Shown here piece by piece: positions 17,052-25,133 of a stretch of 54,317 nt of DNA. The position numbers and the translations under genes were made by a program. Numbering within the stretch: position 1 is the stretch's first letter; each line of letters begins with the position of its first letter. The notes beneath the pieces were generated by a model. That model did no database searches and was not told the DNA's origin. It saw only the letters and a program-made list of their open reading frames with translations. Source of the stretch: Candidatus Omnitrophota bacterium (GTDB lineage Bacteria > Omnitrophota > Gorgyraeia > Gorgyraeales > Gorgyraeaceae). The stretch covers positions 1 to 54,317 of the forward strand of contig JBDRBM010000016.1 in NCBI GenBank assembly GCA_043822665.1. The letters are read 5' to 3'.

Positions 17052-17735
17052 ATGTATTCATTTAGAGATCGCAAGCTAAATATAGCTATATTGATTTCTG
17101 CTTCGTGGCACTTTGTCTTTATGTTTACTGTGGCACCTGTCTTTATTTCAAGAGACGTTAAGAAAAATACTACTACTATAGCCTTTCTCGGAGCAATACT
17201 TGAAAAGGTAGCGGTTGTTCCGGAAAAGGCCTTGAGCCTGGACAAGACCTCTTTAATGTATAAGCTAAAACAGGCAGGCGAGTTTAACATAGAACGCGCC
17301 GGAAATACCTTGGCCTCTCCTGTGCTTTCAGCCAAGGTTTCAGATGTGGAGGCCAATAAAGAAGAAATCGCGCTTCCTATAGAAAAAAGCGCTGTAATTA
17401 ACGTATCTTCCAGAAAAAAGGACAGGTTATTCATTGATTTAAAAGGCAACATGTTCGCGGGCGAGGCAAAGAACAGGCTGGTGCTTTACAAGCCTAAGTT
17501 ATCTAAGGTATATCTATTTCGCTATGATTTTAATTCAGGTTACACTGTTACTGTAAAATTTGATATATCAAAAGACGGGTTTACGGAAAGACCAGAATGT
17601 GTTTTGTCCAGCGGTTCTTTTGTAATAGACCAGGCTGCTATCAGGTATATTAGGCGATGGCAGTTTTGCCCCTATTATGACGAGACAGGAGCAAGCCGCG
17701 AGGCTTTGATTCGCCTGAACTTTAGCGCGTTATGA
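17052..17735 (+). CDS. TonB/TolA-like energy transducer (TonB C-terminal domain)
   Basis: N-terminal TM anchor. The C-terminal ~80 aa (VTVKFDISKDGF...SSGSFVIDQAAIRYIRRWQFCP) match the TonB_C pattern. No Pro-rich linker. Confidence 0.6.
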   Translation: MYSFRDRKLNIAILISASWHFVFMFTVAPVFISRDVKKNTTTIAFLGAILEKVAVVPEKALSLDKTSLMYKLKQAGEFNIERAGNTLASPVLSAKVSDVEANKEEIALPIEKSAVINVSSRKKDRLFIDLKGNMFAGEAKNRLVLYKPKLSKVYLFRYDFNSGYTVTVKFDISKDGFTERPECVLSSGSFVIDQAAIRYIRRWQFCPYYDETGASREALIRLNFSAL

Positions 17736-17971
17736 TAAAGGTAGAATTTTCATTCGCAATAGCGGTATATATGTTTTTAACGGTTTTCCTTATCTTTATA
17801 ATATGGTTATTCACAGAGAAGAAAAAGACGCTGAAATTGCTATCTTCTGAAAACAGATTTTTCTGGCAGTGCAATATCTGTACGTATGTATATATAGATA
17901 GCAGGCACAATACGATTTCACAGTGTCCGAGATGCGGGAGTTATAACGAGAAGGAGAAAAATGTTGGATAA
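17732..17971 (+). CDS. small membrane protein with C-terminal zinc ribbon
   Basis: 79 aa. ATGA overlap with the TonB-like gene. One TM helix followed by CNIC...CPRC. Confidence 0.5.
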   Translation: MIKVEFSFAIAVYMFLTVFLIFIIWLFTEKKKTLKLLSSENRFFWQCNICTYVYIDSRHNTISQCPRCGSYNEKEKNVG

Positions 17972-18059
17972 CGCATAGCGCAAGGCGCATGTCGCAAAGC
18001 GCATAGCGTAATGAGTAAGCGCCATGGCTTATGCGAAAATATTTGCCATGCGCTCTGCG
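17972..18059. repeat. Heptad-periodic inverted repeat, family C copy 2
   Basis: Direct 7-mers cgcatag cgcaagg cgcatgt cgcaaag cgcatag, then inverted units cttatgcg, ccatgcg, ctctgcg. Ends directly at SD aaaaggagg. Confidence 0.8.
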
Positions 18060-18073
18060 AAAAGGAGGCATTT

Positions 18074-18346
18074 ATGCCTGATGAAAAGAAAGAGAAACTG
18101 GAAGAGGACAAGATACCCATAAACCCGCCTTTAACGGTCTTGGATTACAGGACAATCAGCAAGGGGTTTGGGTGGTGGTCAGCCGTGGTACTTGTTGAAT
18201 CCTGGGGCAATAAGCGCTTATGTCTTTATCTCTGGCAGAAGTCGGATAATGGATGGAAGAGGAAGCAGAAATACACCATCCACAGCCAGGAAAGATGGCG
18301 CTTAATATCTGGATCAGTGGATGAATTAATAGCAGAGTTGCAGTAA
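18074..18346 (+). CDS. hypothetical protein (90 aa)
   Basis: The ATG at 18074 follows SD aaaaggagg with a 6-nt spacer. Trp-rich, no recognisable motif. Confidence 0.45.
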   Translation: MPDEKKEKLEEDKIPINPPLTVLDYRTISKGFGWWSAVVLVESWGNKRLCLYLWQKSDNGWKRKQKYTIHSQERWRLISGSVDELIAELQ

Positions 18347-18431
18347 TTAAATAATGGCCCGGCAGTACACAGAATCTAGCTTTTCTTCCGCGGGATCCTG
18401 TGGCCTTATAAAGATTATATGGGGGGGGACA

Positions 18432-18782
18432 ATGGACAAAAAACATAGCAATAAAGGGATAGCTCTTTTTATAAGCCTGACTCTTTTGTTCTTGTTATCT
18501 ATAGGGGCTATTACAGTTCTTTTAACAGCTTATAACTATGCCAATATTACTGAGAACGAGATAAAGCGATTAAGGGCCATTACGCTGGCAGAGGCTGGGA
18601 TTAACTATGCCTACTGGCAGCTTAGGACGAATGAATCTAATTTTGTAACAGAGGCAGCACCACCCGATGGAGCTCCTCCTATCTACCCGGATCCAAGTCC
18701 CAATGCCCCTGGTGTGGTAATAATAGTAACCAGCGGACCTCTTCCTGATAGCTATACAATACAGTCCAAGGTAGAATATTGA
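18432..18782 (+). CDS. PilX-N-like / pseudopilin-like membrane-anchored protein
   Basis: The ATG at 18432 follows a G8 SD-like tract. N-terminus KGIALFISLTLLFLLSIGAITVLL resembles the PilX N-terminal domain. Pro-rich C-terminal half. Confidence 0.45.
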   Translation: MDKKHSNKGIALFISLTLLFLLSIGAITVLLTAYNYANITENEIKRLRAITLAEAGINYAYWQLRTNESNFVTEAAPPDGAPPIYPDPSPNAPGVVIIVTSGPLPDSYTIQSKVEY

Positions 18783-18790
18783 TTTAATTG

Positions 18791-18810
18791 ACCCCTCGGG
18801 GTGTTTTTTC
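18791..18810 (+). terminator. weak Rho-independent terminator
   Basis: Short stem accc ctcg gggt followed by gtttttt. Confidence 0.35.
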
Positions 18811-18940
18811 GTGTAACGAGGGGGCATCCTGAGGCCACAGGGCCGAAGCCCTAATCAATTATAGAGATTTTCCCGCTTCGGATTCATTGATTCTGTTAAA
18901 CCTAGCTTATTTTCCCCCTTGCCTATTTTTTCCCCTCACC

Positions 18941-18969
18941 TTGACAAAGTAAGTTCTTTATGGTATATT
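18941..18969 (+). promoter_or_regulatory. sigma70-type promoter with extended -10
   Basis: ttgaca (18941-18946), 17-nt spacer, tgg tatatt (18961-18969). About 45 nt upstream of the HTH gene that heads the pilus locus. Confidence 0.65.
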
Positions 18970-19013
18970 TTATTTCACCTAACTTCAGGTAACTCTATTA
19001 GGGGGTGTTATAG

Positions 19014-19202
19014 ATGTCTAGACTTATGGATACAGATGAGTTGGCCAGGTATCTTAAGCTTGAAAAGCAGACCATATATAATTGGCTTCACCAGAAAAAA
19101 ATTTCAGGGATAAAAGTGGGCCATGTGTGGCGTTTTGATAAGAAGACAATAAACAAATGGCTTGATTCTAACATGATAGAGGCCAAGGCAAAGACAAAAT
19201 AA
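19014..19202 (+). CDS. excisionase/MerR-type helix-turn-helix DNA-binding protein
   Basis: 62 aa. The pattern DELARYLKLEKQTIYNWLHQKKISGIKVGHVWRFDKKTINKWL matches the excisionase-family HTH. Confidence 0.7.
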   Translation: MSRLMDTDELARYLKLEKQTIYNWLHQKKISGIKVGHVWRFDKKTINKWLDSNMIEAKAKTK

Positions 19203-19212
19203 GGGTTGAGAT

Positions 19213-20832
19213 ATGCAAATAAATATTCTTTCTTTTATCAATAGAAAGACAGTTACAGGCTTGTATATAGGCCGTGATACTGTTGATTTGGTTGTGCTTA
19301 AGGGCACATTGAAGGGGCCTAAGCTTGTAAAATTCGACCAGACCTACATATACCCTAAAGAAGATGTTTCTAAGGAAGAGATAATTGTTTCAGAAGGGCC
19401 TTCTGATGTTCGGCCGGAAAATGTGGCACAGAAAAAGGCGATAAAAAAAACAAAAGATGATTATATAGTAGAAGCCATACAGAGAGTTTTAAAGGAAAAT
19501 AATATTAAAACGATGACCGCCGTATGCGCGATCCCCAGTGAGGACGTCATGGTGCGCTATTTTCAGATGCCTAAGATGCCAAAACAGGAATGGAAGACGG
19601 CTATAAATTTTGAGGCAAAGCGTTACATACCTTTTCGCATGGAAGAAGTAGCTTCTGATTTTAAAGTAATGGCCAGTAAGACGTCTTCAAGCAGCATGGA
19701 CGTAGTTTTTGTCGCGGTTAAACAGAAGGTCATAGAGAATTTTGTAGCGCTAGTTGAAAAGGCAGGCGTAAAACCCATTATATTAGAACCTGCTCCATTC
19801 AGCCTTATAAGGGCATTTAGCGCGGCTGATCAAATAAGCACCAAGATTAATACGGCAATTGTAAACATAGAAGCAAAAGGCGCTAACATTAATATATTGA
19901 GGAATGGTGTGCCTTACATAATCAGGGATATGCCTTTCTATGAAACTACCAGTGAGGAGAAATCTTTTGAGCCGATATTTGAAAGATTGCTTGCTGAAGT
20001 AAAGCTATCTTTTGATTTCTACGAGAAGCAATTCCCTTCAGAGGTCATAGATAAGATTATTATATACAGCCACATGCCGCTTGAAAATTGGCATGAGCTT
20101 GTAGGCAAGGAATTGCAGATACCTGTAGAAGTAGGAGATCCGTTAAGAGGCATAAGGATTAAAAAAGGGGTTATGCCGCCCAGGCTTGCCATAGCCTTTG
20201 GTTTGGCTCTTAGGGGAGTGACGGATTCATACATAGACATAAATTTATATAAAGAGAAGCTGCTTATATATAAACGTAAGGAACTATTTATCAAGATGTT
20301 GTTTCTTGAGGCCTCAGCCGCAATTTTTATACTGGTATTATTAAAGGCGTTGTGTATAAGGGCAGTAGCGCCTCTCACCAAGGAGTTTAATAGCGCATTA
20401 AAAGAAAGGCCAAAGCTCGAGGTGATCATTCATGGCGACAGCATAGTTGAGCTCGAAAGGACAAAAAACAAGATGGAGGCAAGGAAGACATCCATGGATA
20501 ATATCATGTCAAGCAGGGCATACCTAACAAAGAAACTGGCCGCCCTTGCCAACAAGACCCCTAGAGATATATGGCTTACAGGATTGAATTATGAGGAAAA
20601 GATAGATAAAAAGAATTCATCAAAGATCTCAAGGCAGTTAACCATAAAGGGTTATTGTATTATAACAGGAGACATAAGCGAGACCGATGCTATAAACAAT
20701 TTTTTAATAGATCTCCAGCAAGAAACTACCATAAAAGAAGGGATCGGGAAGTCAAATATAGTATCTGTTGAAAGAACAGAATTAGAAGGCGAAAAAGTCG
20801 CGAGCTTTGAGATATTATTTACAGGGCCTTAG
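19213..20832 (+). CDS. pilM: type IV pilus assembly protein PilM fused to PilN
   Basis: 539 aa. Actin-like PilM domain to about aa 335, then INLYKEK..., a TM helix and a PilN-like periplasmic region. Confidence 0.75.
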   Translation: MQINILSFINRKTVTGLYIGRDTVDLVVLKGTLKGPKLVKFDQTYIYPKEDVSKEEIIVSEGPSDVRPENVAQKKAIKKTKDDYIVEAIQRVLKENNIKTMTAVCAIPSEDVMVRYFQMPKMPKQEWKTAINFEAKRYIPFRMEEVASDFKVMASKTSSSSMDVVFVAVKQKVIENFVALVEKAGVKPIILEPAPFSLIRAFSAADQISTKINTAIVNIEAKGANINILRNGVPYIIRDMPFYETTSEEKSFEPIFERLLAEVKLSFDFYEKQFPSEVIDKIIIYSHMPLENWHELVGKELQIPVEVGDPLRGIRIKKGVMPPRLAIAFGLALRGVTDSYIDINLYKEKLLIYKRKELFIKMLFLEASAAIFILVLLKALCIRAVAPLTKEFNSALKERPKLEVIIHGDSIVELERTKNKMEARKTSMDNIMSSRAYLTKKLAALANKTPRDIWLTGLNYEEKIDKKNSSKISRQLTIKGYCIITGDISETDAINNFLIDLQQETTIKEGIGKSNIVSVERTELEGEKVASFEILFTGP

Positions 20833-20877
20833 GTAATGCGCTAAAATTTTGTTATCTTTTTATGTACGGAGCTTTCT

Positions 20878-21429
20878 ATGAAAAAAAGCGTCAAGCCACA
20901 ACCTAATAAAATAATTATAATAAGCGCGTTAATGATTATAGCCACCCTTTTCATAGGGTTTGCGTTTATTTTTATGCCATTTATGAAGAAGAGCAAGGCG
21001 TTAAGGTCAGAGATACTGGATGCCAGGGATAAGACCGTGCTGATAGGAAGGATTAACGCCTTTGATAAACATCTAAAGGCCTACGAGAAAAGGATGCCAA
21101 CGGAAGGAAGAGGTGTATCATGGCTTTTGAGCGAGGTTTTAGACATGGCAGCCAAAGAGCAGATAGAAGTATCTTCCATTAAGCCTGGTACACCAGAGGA
21201 CAGGGATTTATACGTTAAGCTATATGTAGTTATGGATACTATTTCTACGTATGATCAGCTGGGCAGGTTTATATCGAGAGTCGAGTCGCATAAAAAATTT
21301 TTACGTATAGAGCAGATTACAGTAAAAAGATGCGACATTGACAAAGATTTTGATAAAAATACGTCTAAATTCAATCCTTTTGACGTAAAGGCAAATATAG
21401 TGATAAACACAGTTGTTTTTAAAGATTAG
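20878..21429 (+). CDS. pilO: PilO-like pilus assembly protein
   Basis: 183 aa, N-terminal TM anchor then a coiled-coil/ferredoxin-like region. Position between pilMN and the secretin. Confidence 0.55.
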   Translation: MKKSVKPQPNKIIIISALMIIATLFIGFAFIFMPFMKKSKALRSEILDARDKTVLIGRINAFDKHLKAYEKRMPTEGRGVSWLLSEVLDMAAKEQIEVSSIKPGTPEDRDLYVKLYVVMDTISTYDQLGRFISRVESHKKFLRIEQITVKRCDIDKDFDKNTSKFNPFDVKANIVINTVVFKD

Positions 21430-21431
21430 AT

Positions 21432-21917
21432 ATGGCTGATGCAGGCGCGAAAAAAAAACAAATGGAATATATGGCTATAACAGGTCTGGTCCTGATAGCC
21501 CTTTTTGTAGGTATCTCTAGATTTAAAAAAGGCAGCGTAGACGACGAGGTTTTTTCCAAAAAAAAGTTTAAGGAGAAATGGAAAGAGGTAGAGGTACTGG
21601 AAAAAAATATTCCAGAAGAGGAGAAGGGAGTTAGCTATGGCGCTGATTCTCAAAAAATACCTTTTAAGAGCCCCTTAGAGGATGTAAAAAAGATAGAGGC
21701 GACAGAAGATATATCTCTTCCTTCCATGACGCTTCAGGGCATGATATGGAATAGCAGACGGCCGCAGGCAATAATTAACAACAAGGTTTATGAAATAAAC
21801 GATATCATAGATACAGGTTCGCAGGAGGATGAGTTTAATGTTAAGATCGCTGATATAACAAAGGAAGGCATATATTTGAGATACAAGGGAAAGGATTTTT
21901 TAGTTAGGCCAAAGTAA
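21432..21917 (+). CDS. PilP/GspC-HR-like protein
   Basis: 161 aa, TM anchor. The C-terminal segment LQGMIWNSRRPQAIINNKVYEINDII...IYLRYKGKDFLV resembles secretin-binding HR domains. Confidence 0.4.
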   Translation: MADAGAKKKQMEYMAITGLVLIALFVGISRFKKGSVDDEVFSKKKFKEKWKEVEVLEKNIPEEEKGVSYGADSQKIPFKSPLEDVKKIEATEDISLPSMTLQGMIWNSRRPQAIINNKVYEINDIIDTGSQEDEFNVKIADITKEGIYLRYKGKDFLVRPK

Positions 21918-21986
21918 TAAATAGGCGTCCCTCGCGGCATCATGGAAAAAACAAGGGCCACTCGGGACAAAATTTTGGAGGTGGAT

Positions 21987-23417
21987 ATGTTTAAGATTAT
22001 ACGGTTAATTACCGCGGTTATATTTATGTTTTTTATGGCAGCCCCTTCGTATGCGGCTGACGCCAGCTATGCCTTTTCATCCAAGACAGGGCCCAGTCCC
22101 GCTAACATGATATCCATGGATTTCCAGGACGCCAACCTAAAGACAGTGCTTAAAATATTTTCCCAGCAGGCTGGCCTGAATTTTGTCGCCAATCAGAACG
22201 TCCAGGATCGGAAAATTACTATCTATTTTGAAAATGTTAGAGTGGAAGACGCCTTGAACCATATCATGAACGCGAATAACCTTGTCTATGAACAGGAGTC
22301 GGGAAGTAATATTTTTATTGTCAAGGAATCAGGAAAAGCCGATATAGAAACCATAACAAAGATATATGAGTTGAAGTACGCTCAGCTTTCGCCTCCTCCA
22401 ACAGAAAAAAGCAATGAAACCACGCAGGCACAGGAGCCAGAGATATTGACTGTTATGAAAGGCCTTATTTCCAAAAACGGAAGTATTGTGGCTGATAAGA
22501 GATCCAATAGCCTTATAATAAGAGATGTGCCGAGCCAGTTTGCGATAATAGAAGACGTGCTCGCGAGGCTGGATGTAAGGACTGCGCAGGTTATGATTGA
22601 GGCGGAAATAATCGAGACAACCACATCTGTCGCGGATAAGCTGGGAGTTAACTGGTCAGGCACATGGGCTACGCTTACAGGGCCTGTTTTAAACAGTAAC
22701 TGGCCTGTGAATGGGCCGCTTCTGGATCATTCTACGGATTATATTAAGACCGCCGGAAGCATGGCTTTAAGCGAGATGACAGCTACACTGAGTGCTATAT
22801 TGAGCAATGCTGACACCAGGATTTTAGCGAGGCCAAAGGTCCTTACCCTGAATAACGAAACAGCTACCATAGAACTTACCGCAGAGACAGCTGTTGCTAG
22901 TGTTACAACCACGGCGGCATCAGAGGGGACATCTACCAGCACATCAGGTTCTGCCGAGCGGATAACTACCGGCATAACACTGAATGTTACTCCGCAGATA
23001 AATAAAGACGGGTATATTACAATGCACATAGAACCTACTGTTATTGTGCCGGTTATCTCCAGGTTTTTTTCCGGCTCAGGAAGCGACGCCAAGTTTGTGG
23101 ATCCACAAACCAGGAGCGCGAAAACAACTGTTATGGTCAGAGACGGGGAAACCGTTATAATAGGAGGCCTTATATCAAGAGAAGATACCTATCTTTTTGA
23201 GAAGATCCCGTTACTGGGAAACTTGCCTTTTTTTGGAGCGGCATTTCGTTATAAGACAACAGATGAGTCAGATAAAGAACTGCTTATATTCATTACGCCT
23301 CATATAATCAAAGAAGCTACATATGCATTAAAGGACATCTCTGATCGTGAACAGGAAAAACCAAAGGCCGTGAGAGAAAAAGAAATCAATAAGGCTCTCG
23401 ATCTGATTGGTGGATAA
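21987..23417 (+). CDS. pilQ: type IV pilus secretin
   Basis: The ATG at 21987 follows SD ggaggtg. Signal peptide ending SYA-AD. Secretin C-domain motifs (ARPKVLTLNNETATI, VIIGGLI, IPLLGNLPFFGAAFR). Confidence 0.85.
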   Translation: MFKIIRLITAVIFMFFMAAPSYAADASYAFSSKTGPSPANMISMDFQDANLKTVLKIFSQQAGLNFVANQNVQDRKITIYFENVRVEDALNHIMNANNLVYEQESGSNIFIVKESGKADIETITKIYELKYAQLSPPPTEKSNETTQAQEPEILTVMKGLISKNGSIVADKRSNSLIIRDVPSQFAIIEDVLARLDVRTAQVMIEAEIIETTTSVADKLGVNWSGTWATLTGPVLNSNWPVNGPLLDHSTDYIKTAGSMALSEMTATLSAILSNADTRILARPKVLTLNNETATIELTAETAVASVTTTAASEGTSTSTSGSAERITTGITLNVTPQINKDGYITMHIEPTVIVPVISRFFSGSGSDAKFVDPQTRSAKTTVMVRDGETVIIGGLISREDTYLFEKIPLLGNLPFFGAAFRYKTTDESDKELLIFITPHIIKEATYALKDISDREQEKPKAVREKEINKALDLIGG

Positions 23418-25132
23418 TGAAAAAATCCAGGGATAAGTTAGGACAGATACTGCTTAACGAAAAGATTATTACGAAAGAGGAGCTTGATAAGGCTCTGGAT
23501 GTACAGAAAAAGGAAGGGGTTAAGCTCGGCGAGGTCCTTGTAAACATTGGCCTTGTATCGGAAAAAGACATAGTAATAGCCATAGCGAAGCAGCTTTCCA
23601 TTCCCTATGCGTCTTACTCCAAGGGTTTACTGAAGCCCGCGGAAGGGCAGGAACTCTCTAAGATTGTGCATGAGGAGTACGCGCGCAGATATCTGCTCTT
23701 ACCGATTTCAAAACATCTCAATTCCCTTACAGTAGCCTTTATGGACCCATTAGACCTGATAGCAATAGACAACCTAAAACATATGACAGGATGCGAGATA
23801 AATCCTATCATAGCTACAAAGTCAGATCTTCAGAGGGCGATAAATGAATTCTATGGAAAAGAGGATCTATTAAAAGATGCTATCAGCGATTCGTACGAAT
23901 TGGAAGAGTTTAAAGCAGAAAAATCCAGCGAAGACGATGATCTGAGCCTGGATGAATTGATATCAAGGGCAGAAGAGGCCCCTATAGTCAAACTTGTAGA
24001 TCTTCTTTTGATGCAGGCCATAAAAGACAGGGCAAGTGATATACATATAGAACCTTTTAAAAATAAAATAAATATCAGATATAGAATAGACGGAGTGCTT
24101 TACGAGATACCGCCGCCGGCAAAACATCTCTTACCGGCGCTTGTTTCAAGGATCAAGATACTTTCCAATCTTGACATAGCTGAGAGAAGGCTTCCGCAGG
24201 ACGGGTCTTTTCTTGTCAAGGTAGATAAGAAAGGGATTGATATTCGTGTATCCAGCGTACCTACTATATACGGCGAAAAAGTTGTAATGAGGATATTGGA
24301 TAAATCAGCTACACCTTTAGACTTGGGTGAATTGGGCTTCGAGGCTCAGGAACTCGAAAGTTTCAGGAAGGCCATATTTAGCCCGCACGGCTTGATCCTG
24401 ACGACAGGCCCCACGGGCAGTGGAAAAACAACAACACTTTACGCCGCGCTTAATGAACTGAGAAGCCCGCACAAAAACATCTCTACAGTAGAAGATCCTG
24501 TGGAGTATAAGCTGGATGGCATTAATCAGGTTCAGATAAAGCCCCGTATAGGCCTTACGTTTGCCAATGCCTTGAGATCTTTTTTAAGGCAGGACCCTGA
24601 TATTATAATGGTAGGAGAAATAAGAGACCTTGAAACAGCGCAGATAAGTATAAGGGCGTCTCTTACAGGCCATCTGGTATTGAGCACACTGCATACCAAT
24701 GACGCGCCCAGCGCTATCTCGCGTCTTATAGACATAGGCATAGAACCTTATCTGATAAGTTCATCCCTGATCCTTGTGGCAGCCCAAAGGCTGGTGCGCA
24801 GGTTATGCCCTGAGTGTAAGGAAGCATACGAGACGACCCCCCAGATTATGAACGATTTCAAGATAAAACAGGAGCTTTTGTATAAACCAAAAGGTTGTGA
24901 TTATTGCAGTCACACAGGTTACAGGGGAAGAATTGCTATATATGAGATAATAATTATAAGCGATAAACTTAGAGAGTTGACCTCGAAAGGCGCTGGACTC
25001 GGGGATATTAAAAAGGTTGTAAGAGACATGGGTGTAAAATCATTGACGCAGGCGGGTATAAAAAAGGTTGAAGAAGGCGTAACCAGCTTAGAGGAAGCAT
25101 TAAGTATTACCATAGTTGCGGGAGAGATGTAG
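23417..25132 (+). CDS. pilB: type IV pilus assembly ATPase PilB/GspE family
   Basis: 571 aa. Two N-terminal MshEN-like 24-residue motifs, Walker A GPTGSGKTT, Asp/His boxes, tetracysteine CPEC...CDYC. Confidence 0.9.
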   Translation: MKKSRDKLGQILLNEKIITKEELDKALDVQKKEGVKLGEVLVNIGLVSEKDIVIAIAKQLSIPYASYSKGLLKPAEGQELSKIVHEEYARRYLLLPISKHLNSLTVAFMDPLDLIAIDNLKHMTGCEINPIIATKSDLQRAINEFYGKEDLLKDAISDSYELEEFKAEKSSEDDDLSLDELISRAEEAPIVKLVDLLLMQAIKDRASDIHIEPFKNKINIRYRIDGVLYEIPPPAKHLLPALVSRIKILSNLDIAERRLPQDGSFLVKVDKKGIDIRVSSVPTIYGEKVVMRILDKSATPLDLGELGFEAQELESFRKAIFSPHGLILTTGPTGSGKTTTLYAALNELRSPHKNISTVEDPVEYKLDGINQVQIKPRIGLTFANALRSFLRQDPDIIMVGEIRDLETAQISIRASLTGHLVLSTLHTNDAPSAISRLIDIGIEPYLISSSLILVAAQRLVRRLCPECKEAYETTPQIMNDFKIKQELLYKPKGCDYCSHTGYRGRIAIYEIIIISDKLRELTSKGAGLGDIKKVVRDMGVKSLTQAGIKKVEEGVTSLEEALSITIVAGEM

Positions 25133-25133
25133 T

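Noticed and set aside
18919-19113. 64-aa plus-strand ORF overlapping the pilus promoter and the HTH gene
   Set aside because: It spans the -35/-10 boxes and overlaps, out of frame, the 62-aa HTH ORF. The HTH ORF has a clear SD and a recognisable excisionase-type fold pattern.
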